Positions 35,988-50,866 are shown, numbered from the stretch's first letter. The stretch: DNA of 64,000 nt from an uncultured Chloroflexia bacterium (GCA_963841135.1 CAWJBJ010000004.1:543496-607495), one strand, 5' to 3'. The notes: a model not told the origin generated them from the letters alone. A program made the numbers and translations.

Positions 35988-37182
35988 ATGACCATCGCGT
36001 CCACGCCCCGGGTCGCCGCCCGGATGCAGACCATCGGGACAGAGAGCGCCTTCGAGGTGGCTGCACGCGCCCGCGCGCTCGAGGCGGAAGGCCGCTCGAT
36101 CATCCACCTCCAGATCGGCGAGCCGGACTTCGACACGCCGGCCAACGTCCGCGCGGCCGCGAAGCGAGCGCTCGACGAAGGGGCGACGCACTACGCGCCC
36201 TATGCCGGGATCCCGCCGCTGCGGCAGGCGATCGCCGCGGATGTCACCGCCCGCAAGGGCTTCGCCGCCGACCCGTCGCAGGTGTTCGTGACCGTGGGCG
36301 GCAAGGGCGTGATGCTCTACGCGATCCTCGGCCTGGTCGACCCTGGCGACGAGGTGCTCGTGCCGGACCCCGGCTATCCGATCTACGAGTCGCTCGCACG
36401 CTTCGTCGGCGGGACGCCGGTGCCGATCCCGATCCGGATGGACCGCCAGTTCCGCCTCGACGTCGACGAGCTCGAGACCCTCGTCACGCCGAAGACCCGG
36501 ATGCTGGTCATCAACTCGCCGGCCAATCCGACCGGCGGCGTGCTCACGCGCGACGACCTTGAGCGGATCGCGGCTCTCGCCATCCGGCACGACCTGTGGG
36601 TCCTCGATGACGAGATCTATGCCCGGATCCTCTACGACGGCGCCGAGCACGTCTCGATCGCCTCGCTCCCCGGGATGGCCGAGCGGACGATCGTCCTCGA
36701 CGGCTTCTCGAAGACGTATGCGATGACCGGCTGGCGCCTCGGCTACGCGATCGTGCCGCCGTCCCTGATCAAGACCTACAGCCAGCTCGTCATCAACACG
36801 ATCAGCTGCGCCCCGACATTCGCGCAGATCGGCGCGGTCGAGGCGCTCACCGGGCCGCAGGACGACGTGGACGCCATGGTCGTCGAGTTCAAGGCCCGCC
36901 GGGACCTGATCGTCGCAGGACTGAACGCCATTCCCGGGATCCGCTGCGCCACGCCGGTCGGCGCGTTCTATGCCTTCCCCGAGGTCTCGGGCACCGGACT
37001 CGACGGCGCCACGATGGCCGAGCGGCTGCTCGTCGAGGCGGGCGTCTGCGTGCTGGCGGGGACCGCATTCGGGGGCGTCGGGCACGGACCATATCCGCGT
37101 CAGCTACGCGAACTCGCGCGAGAACCTGACCGAGGCCCTGTCGCGGATCGAGGGCTTCGTGTCCGGTCTCGGCCGTGCCTGA
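35988..37182 (+). pseudogene. class I/II (aspartate-type) aminotransferase with a +1 frameshift about 30 codons before the stop
   Basis: Contains NSPANPTG and SKTYAMTGWRLGY (PLP Lys). After AGTAFGGVGHG (about 37090, ggaCCat) the conserved tail HIRVSYANSRENLTEALSRIEGF continues in the next frame, ending at 37182. Confidence 0.8.
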
Positions 37183-38164
37183 GCGGGGCGCCCGGCCGCG
37201 CGTCTTCGTCTCGCGGCTCATCCCCGACGAGGGGCTCGCCCCGATCCGCGACGCGTGCGAGGCGGACGTCTGGACCGACGAACTGCCGCCGTCCCGCGCC
37301 GAGCTGCTGCGACACGTCCGCGGCCAGGAGGGCCTGCTGACGCTGCTGACCGACCGGGTCGACGACGAGGTCCTCGACGTGGCCGGGCCGAGCCTGAAGG
37401 TCGTGTCCAACTTCGCGGTGGGCTACGACAACATCGATGTCGCGGCCTGCGCGCGGCACGGCGTGCTCGTCGGCAACACGCCGGGCGTGCTGACCGAGAC
37501 GACCGCGGATCTCGCGTGGGCCCTGATGCTGGCCGCAATGCGCCGCCTCCCCGAGGGCGATCGCTATGTCCGCGCCGGGTCCTGGCGGACGTGGGGCCCG
37601 CAGCTCCTGATGGGCGGCGACATCCACGGGGCCACGCTCGGGATCGTCGGGTTCGGACGGATCGGCCAGGCCGTCGCGCGGCGGGCGGCCGGCTTCGGGA
37701 TGACGGTCGTGTACAGCACGCGGACCGCCGCGCCGGCCGCGGTCGAGGCGGCCCTCGGGGCGCGACGCGTGGAGCTCGACGAGCTGCTCGAGACCAGCGA
37801 CATCGTCTCGCTTCACTGTCCGCTGGTGCCGGAGACGCGCGGCCTCATCGACGCGCCGGCGTTGGCCCGCATGAAGCCGACGGCCGTGCTGGTCAACACG
37901 TCCCGTGGCCCCGTGATCGACCAGGCGGCGCTGGCCGAGGCGCTTCGCAGCGGGGCGATCGCGGCCGCTGCGCTCGACGTCACCGACCCGGAGCCGATCG
38001 CACCCGACGACCCGCTGCTCTCGCTCGACAACTGCCTCGTCGTCCCGCACATCGCGTCGGCGTCGCGCGCGACCCGCGGCAAGATGGCGTCGATGGCCGC
38101 CGCCAACCTGATCGCCGGCGTCCGCGGCGAGCCGCTGCCGAACCAGGTGCAGCCCCCGAGCTGA
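37175..38164 (+). CDS. D-isomer-specific 2-hydroxyacid dehydrogenase (glyoxylate/hydroxypyruvate reductase type)
   Basis: GIVGFGRIGQAVARRA NAD fold and the R..E..H catalytic pattern (NTSRG, DV...EP, PHIAS). Confidence 0.9.
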   Translation: MPERGARPRVFVSRLIPDEGLAPIRDACEADVWTDELPPSRAELLRHVRGQEGLLTLLTDRVDDEVLDVAGPSLKVVSNFAVGYDNIDVAACARHGVLVGNTPGVLTETTADLAWALMLAAMRRLPEGDRYVRAGSWRTWGPQLLMGGDIHGATLGIVGFGRIGQAVARRAAGFGMTVVYSTRTAAPAAVEAALGARRVELDELLETSDIVSLHCPLVPETRGLIDAPALARMKPTAVLVNTSRGPVIDQAALAEALRSGAIAAAALDVTDPEPIAPDDPLLSLDNCLVVPHIASASRATRGKMASMAAANLIAGVRGEPLPNQVQPPS

Positions 38165-38276
38165 GCCGCCGGCACTCGTTGCGTCCTGTGAGCCGGCCGT
38201 CAGGGATGTCGAGCCGGCGACCGCGACTTCGTTGCCGAACCGTAAACCGATCCCACCACCGAACAGGAGGACAGCG

Positions 38277-38826
38277 ATGGCGACCGTCGACGAGGCCATC
38301 CAGAAGCAGCAACGCAACATCGAGACGCGGACGGGCAAGCCATTCGACGAATGGGTCGCGGCTCGCCCGCGCCAGCGGCAAGGCCAAGCACGGCGAGATC
38401 CTCGCGTGGCTGAAGGCCGACCACGGGTTCGGGCACGGCGACGCGAACCTCGTCGCGCTGACCGCGCTCCGCGGGCCTGCGGCGCCCGAGGGCGACGACC
38501 TCGTCGACGCGATCTACTCGGGCGCGAAGGCCGGCCTGCGACCGTTCCACGATCGGGTGATCGAGGCGGCGCGGTCCTTCGGGGCCGATGTCGAGCTCGC
38601 CCCGAAGCAGGCTTATGTCAGCCTGCGCCGGAAGAAGCAGTTCGGGTCCGTCGGGCCGGCGACGGGTGGCCGCCTGGAGATCGGCTTCAACCTCAAGGGC
38701 GTCGAGCCGGCCGGTCGCCTGGAGCCGACCACCGGCATGTGCACCCACCGCGTCCGCCTGTCGGATCCGGGCGAGTTCGACGCCGAGGTCGTCGGCTGGC
38801 TGCGTGAGGCCTACGACCGCTCCTGA
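38277..38826 (+). pseudogene. DUF4287/DUF5655 family protein, +1 frameshift near 38355
   Basis: MATVDEAIQKQQRNIETRTGKPFDEWVA continues in the next frame as LARASGKAKHGEILAWLKADHGFGHGDAN. AGGAGG lies before the ATG. Confidence 0.7.
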
Positions 38827-38844
38827 GCGGGTACGCTGTCCGAC

Positions 38845-38917
38845 GGGCCGGTAGCTCAGTGGTCAGAGCAGGGGACTTTTAATCCCTGGGTCGTGGGTTC
38901 GAATCCCACCCGGCTCG
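38845..38917 (+). tRNA. tRNA-Lys (anticodon UUU), CCA not encoded
   Basis: Acceptor GGGCCGG/CCGGCTC, D arm GCTC-AGTGGTC-AGAGC, anticodon stem GGGGA/TCCCT with loop CTTTTAA, T arm GTGGG-TTCGAAT-CCCAC. Confidence 0.9.
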
Positions 38918-38923
38918 CCGAGG

Positions 38924-40060
38924 TCAGCCCGGAAGGACACGGACCTCGGCGCTTGGCAGCGTCTTCCACCAGTGGGCGTACCGGCGGTAGACGTTGGGAT
39001 CGCGATCCGCCAGGAACGCCACGAGCGCAGCGGCCTCCGCCGCAAGCCCATCCCACGTCTCGTCGCTCAGCTTGTGGAACGCCGTGGCCTCGATGCCTCC
39101 CTCGACGGGGCGCCACACGCCGGCCACGTAGCCGTCGACGAGAAGCGACGGCAGCACGTCGCCGTTCTGGTGGATGAGCGACCGGCGGTAGTCGGGCGGG
39201 ATCACCCGGCTGCGGTCCGCATAGGCGAGCAGGATGCTGTCCCACATCGGCAGCAGACGAGGTGGGGCGACGGTGTCCTCGGCCGGGATCGACGCCGCGG
39301 GCACGTCGAACAGCTCCGCGCCGTCCGGCCCCTCCAGCGTCACGACGTCCTCGCCGAGCTCCCGGATGGCGTCCCTGGTCACCCCCCGGCGGAGCAGCGT
39401 GAACTGGGCGAAGTCCTGCGCCGAAGCCGGCCCGAACGCCTCGAGGTAGCGCCGGAGCAGGTACTCCACGGACCCGGCGTCAGGCTCCCGTCCCGGCGAC
39501 CGCGCCCGCGCAGCGGCGACGAACGACGCCCGCAGCCCGAACGACCACGGCCCGCCGGTCGGCGCGTGGTGCAGCGGCGCGAACGTCCGGAGCGCCCACC
39601 ACGCACGCGGGTTAGCCGTTCCGAGGTGCCCCTCGATCATCCCCTCGATCTCGGCCTTCGAGTGCGGCTCCGCCAGGAAGTCGAGCAGGCGGGGGAGCAA
39701 GGCGTCGATGTCCGCGATCGACAGGCCTGCCTCCGTGAACCGGCCGTCGTACAGGCGCGAGGCGCGCAGGCTGCTCACCATCGCGTCGTGGAAGGCCGGG
39801 TAGTCCTCGGCGTGCACGGCGTGCAGCGTGATGCGGACCAGCGACGCCTTCACCACGGTCCGTTCGGCGAAGGCGGCGTCCAGGTCGGCAGGGTCGAAAT
39901 CCGCGAGCCGGTTCCACAGCCCGATGTAGGGCGAAGCGGCCTCCTGCGCCTGCAGTGCCGCGACTCGCCGGACGGCGTCGACCACATCCAGCCGCTTGCG
40001 GCCCAGGAGCAGCTGGCGGCTGAGCGTGGCCCGGTTGAGCTGCCGGGCGGTGAGTGCCAT
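38924..40060 (-). CDS. winged-helix DNA-binding protein, YcaQ/DUF1006 (interstrand crosslink glycosylase-like) family
   Basis: Start at MALTARQLNRATLSRQLL. Contains AVRRVAALQAQ and LLPMWDSILLAY..VDGYVAGVW. Confidence 0.75.
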   Translation of the reverse strand: MALTARQLNRATLSRQLLLGRKRLDVVDAVRRVAALQAQEAASPYIGLWNRLADFDPADLDAAFAERTVVKASLVRITLHAVHAEDYPAFHDAMVSSLRASRLYDGRFTEAGLSIADIDALLPRLLDFLAEPHSKAEIEGMIEGHLGTANPRAWWALRTFAPLHHAPTGGPWSFGLRASFVAAARARSPGREPDAGSVEYLLRRYLEAFGPASAQDFAQFTLLRRGVTRDAIRELGEDVVTLEGPDGAELFDVPAASIPAEDTVAPPRLLPMWDSILLAYADRSRVIPPDYRRSLIHQNGDVLPSLLVDGYVAGVWRPVEGGIEATAFHKLSDETWDGLAAEAAALVAFLADRDPNVYRRYAHWWKTLPSAEVRVLPG

Positions 40061-40154
40061 GCCGCGATTCTGCCCGAGCGCAGGATCAGCCATCCACGCC
40101 CACAATGCGAGTGATGCGGCGCGCCAGACCACCGATCGCCGCAAGGAGCACGCG

Positions 40155-40592
40155 ATGACCCATTCCTCGTTCGCCACCGGGATGCCCCGGACGCCGATCG
40201 CGCCGATCGCCGGCCTCGACGAGTACCGGCCCGGCGTCTGCAACATCGGACCCGAAGAGATCGCTCGGCGCAGGCGCAGCGGCCATGCCGCCCTCGCCGT
40301 CACCATCGGGCTCTTCGCGCTGCTCGTCGCGATCGGTGCTCCGCCGCTCGCCCGGCTCCTGCTCATCGTGCCCGCGGCCGCGGCGGCGTCCGGCTACCTC
40401 CAGGCGCGCCTGCGGTTCTGCGCCGGCTTCGGGTCGCGCGGCGTCTTCAACTTCGGGGAGATCGGCCCGATGCACGAGGTGCTCGACGCCGAAGACAAGG
40501 CGCGTGACCGGGCGAGGGCCCGACAGATCGGGTTCGCCGCCCTCGTCATCGGCGTCGTCGTCGCCGTCGTCGCGATCCTGCTGCCACTCTGA
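40155..40592 (+). CDS. hypothetical membrane protein
   Basis: 145 aa from ATG 40155. Two to three TM helices and conserved-looking C..C residues. No assignable family. Confidence 0.45.
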   Translation: MTHSSFATGMPRTPIAPIAGLDEYRPGVCNIGPEEIARRRRSGHAALAVTIGLFALLVAIGAPPLARLLLIVPAAAAASGYLQARLRFCAGFGSRGVFNFGEIGPMHEVLDAEDKARDRARARQIGFAALVIGVVVAVVAILLPL

Positions 40593-40610
40593 CCGGCGAC
40601 CGCGACGCGC

Positions 40611-41012
40611 CTAGGGCGCTTCCTCGAAGCGGACCGTGTAGTCGCAATCGCCCTTGCGATTGATCACGAACTGGCCGGCTGGCAGGTCCAGCGTGGATTC
40701 ACCCGATGGCAGCCGGACGTCGATCGAGGTGGTCTCGCCGCTGGGGCTGGCGACCTGAAGGCCGAGCATCGTGCAGCCCGGGGCGTGCCAGGCGATCCGG
40801 TACTTCCCGCCCTGGAGGTCGGCCGTCCCCGCGTCACCCTCCTTGATCGTGATGCCCGCGGCCCGAGCCTCGACGACCGTCGGGTCGCCAGCCGGCGTCG
40901 CCACTGCCGTGGCCGCAGGGGTGGAACTCGACGGGGCAGGCGAAGTCGTCGACGTTGCGCCGCAGGCGAGGACCAGCACCGCGATCAGCGCGCTTGAGAT
41001 CGGTCGCTTCAT
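40611..41012 (-). CDS. lipoprotein, unknown function
   Basis: MKRPISSALIAVLVLAC lipobox with GGAGG before the ATG. 133 aa. The rest of the 679-aa ORF is antisense noise. Confidence 0.65.
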   Translation of the reverse strand: MKRPISSALIAVLVLACGATSTTSPAPSSSTPAATAVATPAGDPTVVEARAAGITIKEGDAGTADLQGGKYRIAWHAPGCTMLGLQVASPSGETTSIDVRLPSGESTLDLPAGQFVINRKGDCDYTVRFEEAP

Positions 41013-41126
41013 CTCCGTCCTCCAGGGATCCGAGCGACACAGTATCGAGTCCGGGCCGATCCCGCGTGCCACACGGCTCAGACCGGATGTGACGCCTGGC
41101 ACGACAGCGGCTGGACGCGATGGGCG

Positions 41127-42089
41127 ATGATGACCACCATGCGGATCCGGCGAGGCCTCCTGTTCTCCGGCCTCTTCCTCATTCCCGTCGGCGGGTTGAC
41201 GCTCCTCGTGCGCGGCGGCTATCTCGACGCGGACGCGTTGCGCGACGCCTGGCGTCTCTGGCCGCTGGTGCTCGTGGGGCTCGGCCTCGCGATCCTGCTG
41301 GGCCGGACGCGCGGCGCGGCGGTCGGCACCGCCATCTCGGCGCTGGTCCTCGGGCTGATCGTCGGTGGCGGCTTCGCATCGGGCTCGTGGATCGGGTTCG
41401 GTGTCTGCAGCGATTCGAGCGCCGATCTGCAGCTCCTCGATCGGACTGGCGAGTTCGCCGGCCCGTCCACGGTCCGCCTCGACCTGCGGTGCGGTTCGGT
41501 CGACCTCGCCACCGAGGCCGGGACCGGCTGGCACCTCACTGCGAGCTACGCCGGGCCTGCCCCGATCGTGAACGCGACGGCGGACGAGCTCGACCTGAAG
41601 GTCCCCGAGGGCAACGACGTCCGCCGCCAGGAGTGGACCGTTCGCGTGGCGCCAGACCGGCTGCGAGAGGTCGAACTGGACATCAACGCCGCCAATGGCA
41701 CGCTGCGGTTCGACGGGGCGACGCTGTCGACCCTCGACGCCGAGGCCAACGCGAGCGACATCACGCTCGCCGCCGGGGGCGCGTCGGTCGGCCGCCTCGA
41801 TGTCTCGGTGAACGCCGGCCGCGCCCGGGTGACGCTCGGTCCCGGCTCGGTCGCCGGCGACCTCGAGGTCAACGCCGGGACCATCGACCTGTGCGTGCCG
41901 CCGGGGTCCGGCCTGCGAATCACCACCAACGACCAGCTGACGTTCGCAACGAACCTCGGCGACCGCGGCCTGACCCGCAGCGGGACGCTCTGGGAGCGGC
42001 CGGGATCCGGCTCCTCCGACGTCATCGACCTGACGGTCGAAGGGAATGCCGCCACGTTCAACCTCGATCCAAGCGGAGGGTGCGGATGA
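41127..42089 (+). CDS. membrane protein with a C-terminal toastrack/DUF4097-like beta-helix (LiaF-like)
   Basis: N-terminal TM helices followed by repeated beta-strand rungs (VDLATEAG.., LDINAANGTLRF, LDAEANASDITL, LDVSVNAGRARV, LEVNAGTIDL). Confidence 0.65.
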   Translation: MMTTMRIRRGLLFSGLFLIPVGGLTLLVRGGYLDADALRDAWRLWPLVLVGLGLAILLGRTRGAAVGTAISALVLGLIVGGGFASGSWIGFGVCSDSSADLQLLDRTGEFAGPSTVRLDLRCGSVDLATEAGTGWHLTASYAGPAPIVNATADELDLKVPEGNDVRRQEWTVRVAPDRLREVELDINAANGTLRFDGATLSTLDAEANASDITLAAGGASVGRLDVSVNAGRARVTLGPGSVAGDLEVNAGTIDLCVPPGSGLRITTNDQLTFATNLGDRGLTRSGTLWERPGSGSSDVIDLTVEGNAATFNLDPSGGCG

Positions 42090-42108
42090 ACCTCTGCACA
42101 TCGAACCC

Positions 42109-43077
42109 GTGACCCCAGAGCGCCGCGGACCGCTCGTCGGAGCGACCTGGCTGATCGGCGTCGGGGTCGTCTTCCTCGTCCAGCAGTCATCGGGCTGGTC
42201 GTGGAGCCAGGCGTGGCCGCTCTGGGTGATCCTCGTCGGGATCGCGAGCGTCATCTCGACGCTCCTGACGTGGCGACCGGGGCTAGCCGATATCTGGGCC
42301 TTCACGTGGCCGGCGGCCTGGATCGTCGTTGGGATCCTCCTGCTGCTCAGCACCACGGGCCAGCTGGGCCAGGGTCCGGGCGAGGTGATCTCGGAGTACT
42401 GGCCGTGGGCCGCGCTGCTCCTCGGCGCGTGGTTCCTGATCGGGGCGTTCCTGCCCTTCGGCCACCGGTCGACCGAGGCGCTCGTGCTGCCACTCGGCGG
42501 CGTGTCCCACGCCGACGTGCGGATCCGCTTCGGAGCGGGCGACCTGGTGACCCACGCCGCCGCCGCGGGCCAGCTGGTTGACGGGACGTTCGAGGGTGGC
42601 GTCATCCATCGGGCGACCGGCTCAGGCCGTGTCGAGCTCTCGCAGGACACGACCTACGGGCTGCCATGGCTCGATCGCCGATCGAACTGGGACGTGGGCC
42701 TGACCGCGGAGGTCCCGCTCGACCTGCGCGTGGAGGCCGGCGCCAGCCGCACGACGCTGGACCTCATCGACACGCGTCTCAGCAACCTGCAGATCCAGAC
42801 CGGGGCGAGCGAGACCCGCGTCCGGCTGCCGCGCGCCGCCGGGATGACGAACGTCAAGGCGGAGGCCGGGGCCGCGTCGGTCACGTTCGAGGTGCCGGCC
42901 GGCGTCGCCGTGCGGATCCGCAACCGGATGGCCCTCGGCAGCAGCCAGATCGACGAGTCCCGGTTCCCGCGCGTCGGCGACATCTACCAGTCGCTCGATT
43001 ACGCGACCGCCGAGAACCGCATCGACATGGACATCCAGGGTGGCGTCGGCTCCGTGAAGGTGGTCGGCGGACCCTAG
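42109..43077 (+). CDS. paralogous membrane protein with a toastrack/DUF4097-like domain
   Basis: Four TM helices followed by rungs (LRVEAGASRTTL, LQIQTGASETRV, VKAEAGAASVTF, MDIQGGVGSVKV). GTG 42109 chosen as the start. Confidence 0.65.
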   Translation: MTPERRGPLVGATWLIGVGVVFLVQQSSGWSWSQAWPLWVILVGIASVISTLLTWRPGLADIWAFTWPAAWIVVGILLLLSTTGQLGQGPGEVISEYWPWAALLLGAWFLIGAFLPFGHRSTEALVLPLGGVSHADVRIRFGAGDLVTHAAAAGQLVDGTFEGGVIHRATGSGRVELSQDTTYGLPWLDRRSNWDVGLTAEVPLDLRVEAGASRTTLDLIDTRLSNLQIQTGASETRVRLPRAAGMTNVKAEAGAASVTFEVPAGVAVRIRNRMALGSSQIDESRFPRVGDIYQSLDYATAENRIDMDIQGGVGSVKVVGGP

Positions 43078-43268
43078 GCGGCTCGAGCGCGCAACCTGCC
43101 GGGCGCCCTGCACGACCGACACCGGTTCGCAACCGAGTTGCCGGATGGAGCCGCACGTGTTCCCGAACCGCATCCGAAGCGGTCCCGCTCGGGGAACGAC
43201 CGTTCGAGCCCTGATTCGTAGTCTCCGATCAGGCCCAGACGTGCCATGGGCCCGACGCGGAGGTTCGA

Positions 43269-44489
43269 ATGAACAGTGGCGACACCGCGTGGATGCTGGC
43301 ATCCACGGCGTTGGTCATGATCATGTTGCCCGGCCTGGCCCTCTTCTACGGCGGCCTCGTGCGGCGCAAGAACGTCCTCTCGACGATCATGCACAGCTTC
43401 TTCGGGCTCGCCCTCGTCAGCGTCGTCTGGGTCGCCATCGGGTTCAGCCTCGCGTTCGGCTCCGACGTCGGCGGCCTGGGCCTCATCGGCGGCCTCGACT
43501 TCGTGGGCTTCGCGAACGTCGGCCTCGAGCCGAGCACGATCTACGGCGTCACGATCCCCTTCGTCCTCTTCGCCGGCTTCCAGCTGATGTTCGCGGCGAT
43601 CACCCCGGCGCTCATCACGGGCGCCTTCGCCGAGCGCAAGCGCTTCGGGGCCTTCGTGCTCTTCACGATCCTCTGGTCGATCCTTGTCTACTCGCCGATC
43701 GCCCACTGGGTCTGGTCGGTCGACGGCTGGCTCTTCACCCGAGGCGCGCTCGACTTCGCCGGCGGCACCGTCGTCCACATCAGCTCCGGCGTCTCGGCGC
43801 TGATCGTCGCGATCCTCATCGGCCGGCGAGCCGTCAACGGCGAGAGCATGGAGCCGCATGACGTCCCGATGACCGTTCTCGGCGCGGGTCTCCTGTGGTT
43901 CGGCTGGTTCGGCTTCAACGCCGGCTCCGCCCTGAGCGCCGGTGGCCTCGCGGCGAGCGCCTTCGTCGTGACGAACACGGCCGCGGCCGCAGCGACGATC
44001 ACCTGGGTCCTCGCGAGCTATCTCCACAAGGGCAAGGTCAGCGTGCTCGGCGCCGCCTGCGGTGCGGTGGCCGGACTGGTCGCCATCACCCCTGCGTCGG
44101 GCTTCGTGACCCCCGGCGGCGCACTGGTCGTCGGCTTCGCGGCCGGCGGCCTGTGCTACAGCGCCACGCTCCTTCGGGCCCGGATCAAGGTCGATGACGC
44201 GCTCGATGTCTTCGCGGTCCACGGCGTCGGCGGCGCGTTCGGCGCGGTCGCGACCGGCGTCCTCGCCACGAGCGCGGTCCAATCGACCTACAAGGGCCTC
44301 ATCGACGGCAACCCCGGCCAGCTCCTCACGCAGCTCCTCGCGGTCGGCGCGACCGTCGGCTACGCGGTCGTGGCCACCTTCGTGATCGTCAAGATCGTCG
44401 ACCTCGTCCTCGGGATCCGCGTCCCGTCGACGCAGGAAGAGGCCGGCCTCGACATGGCCGTGCACGGGGAGGCGGCCTATCAGCCGTAG
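43269..44489 (+). CDS. amt: ammonium transporter
   Basis: 406 aa, 11 TM helices. Contains DFAGGTVVHISSG and GVHGVGG Amt signatures. Confidence 0.95.
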   Translation: MNSGDTAWMLASTALVMIMLPGLALFYGGLVRRKNVLSTIMHSFFGLALVSVVWVAIGFSLAFGSDVGGLGLIGGLDFVGFANVGLEPSTIYGVTIPFVLFAGFQLMFAAITPALITGAFAERKRFGAFVLFTILWSILVYSPIAHWVWSVDGWLFTRGALDFAGGTVVHISSGVSALIVAILIGRRAVNGESMEPHDVPMTVLGAGLLWFGWFGFNAGSALSAGGLAASAFVVTNTAAAAATITWVLASYLHKGKVSVLGAACGAVAGLVAITPASGFVTPGGALVVGFAAGGLCYSATLLRARIKVDDALDVFAVHGVGGAFGAVATGVLATSAVQSTYKGLIDGNPGQLLTQLLAVGATVGYAVVATFVIVKIVDLVLGIRVPSTQEEAGLDMAVHGEAAYQP

Positions 44490-44625
44490 CCCCGGGCGGG
44501 CGCCGGCCGACCCAACCGCGGGGTCCGGCTAGCACCCTCCGTCCCAGGCGAACCCAAGCGACCGGTCATCGTCGGCTCCTCCCCGAACGACGGCCGGTCG
44601 CTCCACCCTCTCCGGAGACCAGCTC

Positions 44626-49237
<4,612 letters not shown>

Positions 49238-49241
<4 letters not shown>

Positions 49242-49837
49242 CGCAACCGCCCGATCCCGGGCACGAACCGACCGGTCCGCGCCGCGTATCGGCGATAGGC
49301 ATCGCCATGGACCTGCAGCAGATACGGCTCCTCGACGAGTCGGATCTGGATCTGCAGCGCGGTCAGGATCGCGAGCAGCATCCCGACGGCAAGGACGTTC
49401 GGCACCATGAGCGCCAGGCCGACCGCGGTCGTGGCGACGCCGGTGATGATCGGGTTCCTGACGACGCCGAACGGCCCGGCGGTGACGAGATCCGTCCTGG
49501 CTTCGGGATCGACGTCGCCCCGCCAGGAGGCGCCCATCGCGACCTGGGACGTCAGGCTGATCACGGCCCCGAGGACGACGAGCCCGACGCCGACCAGGCG
49601 CGCGTCCGTCCGGTCGAGGGGTGCCAGCGGGGCCAGGCCCGCGAGCTCGGCGACCGGTGCCGCGAGCGCGAACACGAAGCCGACGGTCGAGATCGCGCGA
49701 GCCCACCACGGCGCCGACCCGCGGCGGGGACGGGTGATCGTGCGGACGCCGCCACCCCGTCGGACCTGCAGGTAGGTCGGCACGCCCGCGACGAGCGCGA
49801 TCCAGGCGAAGGTCAGGATGAGTGCGAGCGTTGCCAT
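49238..49837 (-). CDS. isoprenylcysteine carboxyl methyltransferase (ICMT/PEMT) family membrane methyltransferase
   Basis: 199 aa, polytopic. C-terminal LVTAGPFGVVRNP and EE..L...G..Y..Y motifs. Confidence 0.75.
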
Positions 49838-49868
49838 GTCGCCCCAATCGTATCGACGGTCCGAGGGT

Positions 49869-50297
49869 CTACGGCGCGATCGGGTTCATCCAGCGGACCT
49901 CGTCGAAGCGCGCGAAGTCGGTATCGGCAGAACAGATCTCCAAGCCGTGCTCGATGGCGAGCGCCGCGAGATGCGCGTCCGGGACCAGGTTCCCTGTGAC
50001 CCGGTGCTTGCGTAGGAGGGACCCCAGGACTTCGCGGTGCCGGTCGGTCGGGGCCGGGATCCAGGCCGACGGCGCGGCGAGCCACTCGTCCACGAACGAC
50101 CACGCCTGGTCAGCGGAGAGCGGCCGGTCCGAGGCGCGCGGATGCGTCGCGATCCGGACGAACGCGGTCAGCGACTCCCACGGGATCCCGACGCGTCGGT
50201 CTCCGTTCAAGACCGCGGTCAGCCACGTCGACGACCGTGCGTGCCAGGGCGAGGCGGCATCGACCGCATAGAGCAGCAGGTTGGCGTCGACAAGCAT
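49869..50297 (-). CDS. vapC: type II toxin VapC (PIN domain ribonuclease)
   Basis: MLVDANLLLYA (first acidic residue), a late D..LAALA and SADTDF motifs. 142 aa. Confidence 0.85.
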   Translation of the reverse strand: MLVDANLLLYAVDAASPWHARSSTWLTAVLNGDRRVGIPWESLTAFVRIATHPRASDRPLSADQAWSFVDEWLAAPSAWIPAPTDRHREVLGSLLRKHRVTGNLVPDAHLAALAIEHGLEICSADTDFARFDEVRWMNPIAP

Positions 50298-50527
50298 CAG
50301 CGCCGGGCCGGCCCGGCGAGGGTTTCGAGCGCCTCGGCGACATTCGAGACGTCGAGCCGCAGCCCGAACCGGGCCGTGCGCTGGCGAAAGCGCCCCGATC
50401 GCGGGCGTGCGGTCAGTCCAGCGCGGGCCAGCTCGTTGACCGCCTCACTCAGCCCAAGGCCACGCTCAGCACGCAACCGCTTGATGGCGGCCGCGACATC
50501 GTCATCGAGATCAACGGTGGTTCGCAT
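50297..50527 (-). CDS. vapB: type II antitoxin VapB (ribbon-helix-helix)
   Basis: MRTTVDLDDDVAAAIKRL RHH start. 76 aa. 1-nt overlap with vapC. Confidence 0.8.
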   Translation of the reverse strand: MRTTVDLDDDVAAAIKRLRAERGLGLSEAVNELARAGLTARPRSGRFRQRTARFGLRLDVSNVAEALETLAGPARR

Positions 50528-50539
50528 TCGGGCATTGTA

Positions 50540-50572
50540 GCATCATGATGCGAATGTCTCCCGCTCATGATG
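50540..50572. promoter_or_regulatory. candidate VapB operator: palindrome GCATCATGATGC plus a second CATGATGC copy
   Basis: A perfect 12-bp palindrome at 50540-50551 lies 13 nt upstream of the vapB ATG. CATGATGC recurs at 50565-50572, 21 bp later. Confidence 0.4.
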
Positions 50573-50866
50573 CGGTCCGTCGACGACGCCGATGCCGGTG
50601 GCCAGTGTGGGGCGGATTGAGTCCGATCAGTCAGCTCATGTCAGCCGTGCAGCTCGGCTTGGCGATTTTTGGGATCTCGTACTTGGTGAGGCGGCCCAGA
50701 AGGACCTGATCCCGGCACGCCGCAACCCCACCGCAACCGCATCGTCGCCGTTCCGGTGCCGACGTCCGGGCAACGTCGCCCTAGGCTGGATCGACGATGG
50801 GGGAGTCTCCCCGCACCCCCATCCCGTCGGATCCACCAACCACCGCCCATCGGAGGCCCGCCCCAG

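Noticed and set aside
38845-40366. tRNA-Lys as an integration site for a genomic island (also considered for tRNA-Arg at 31-107)
   Set aside because: No integrase, direct repeat of the tRNA 3' end, or mobile-element genes flank either tRNA. The neighbours are ordinary chromosomal genes.
41013-42650. N-terminal ~545 codons of the 679-aa ORF 40611-42650
   Set aside because: They are antisense to both toastrack genes. Only the C-terminal 133 codons, which follow a GGAGG site and begin with a lipobox signal peptide, look genuine.
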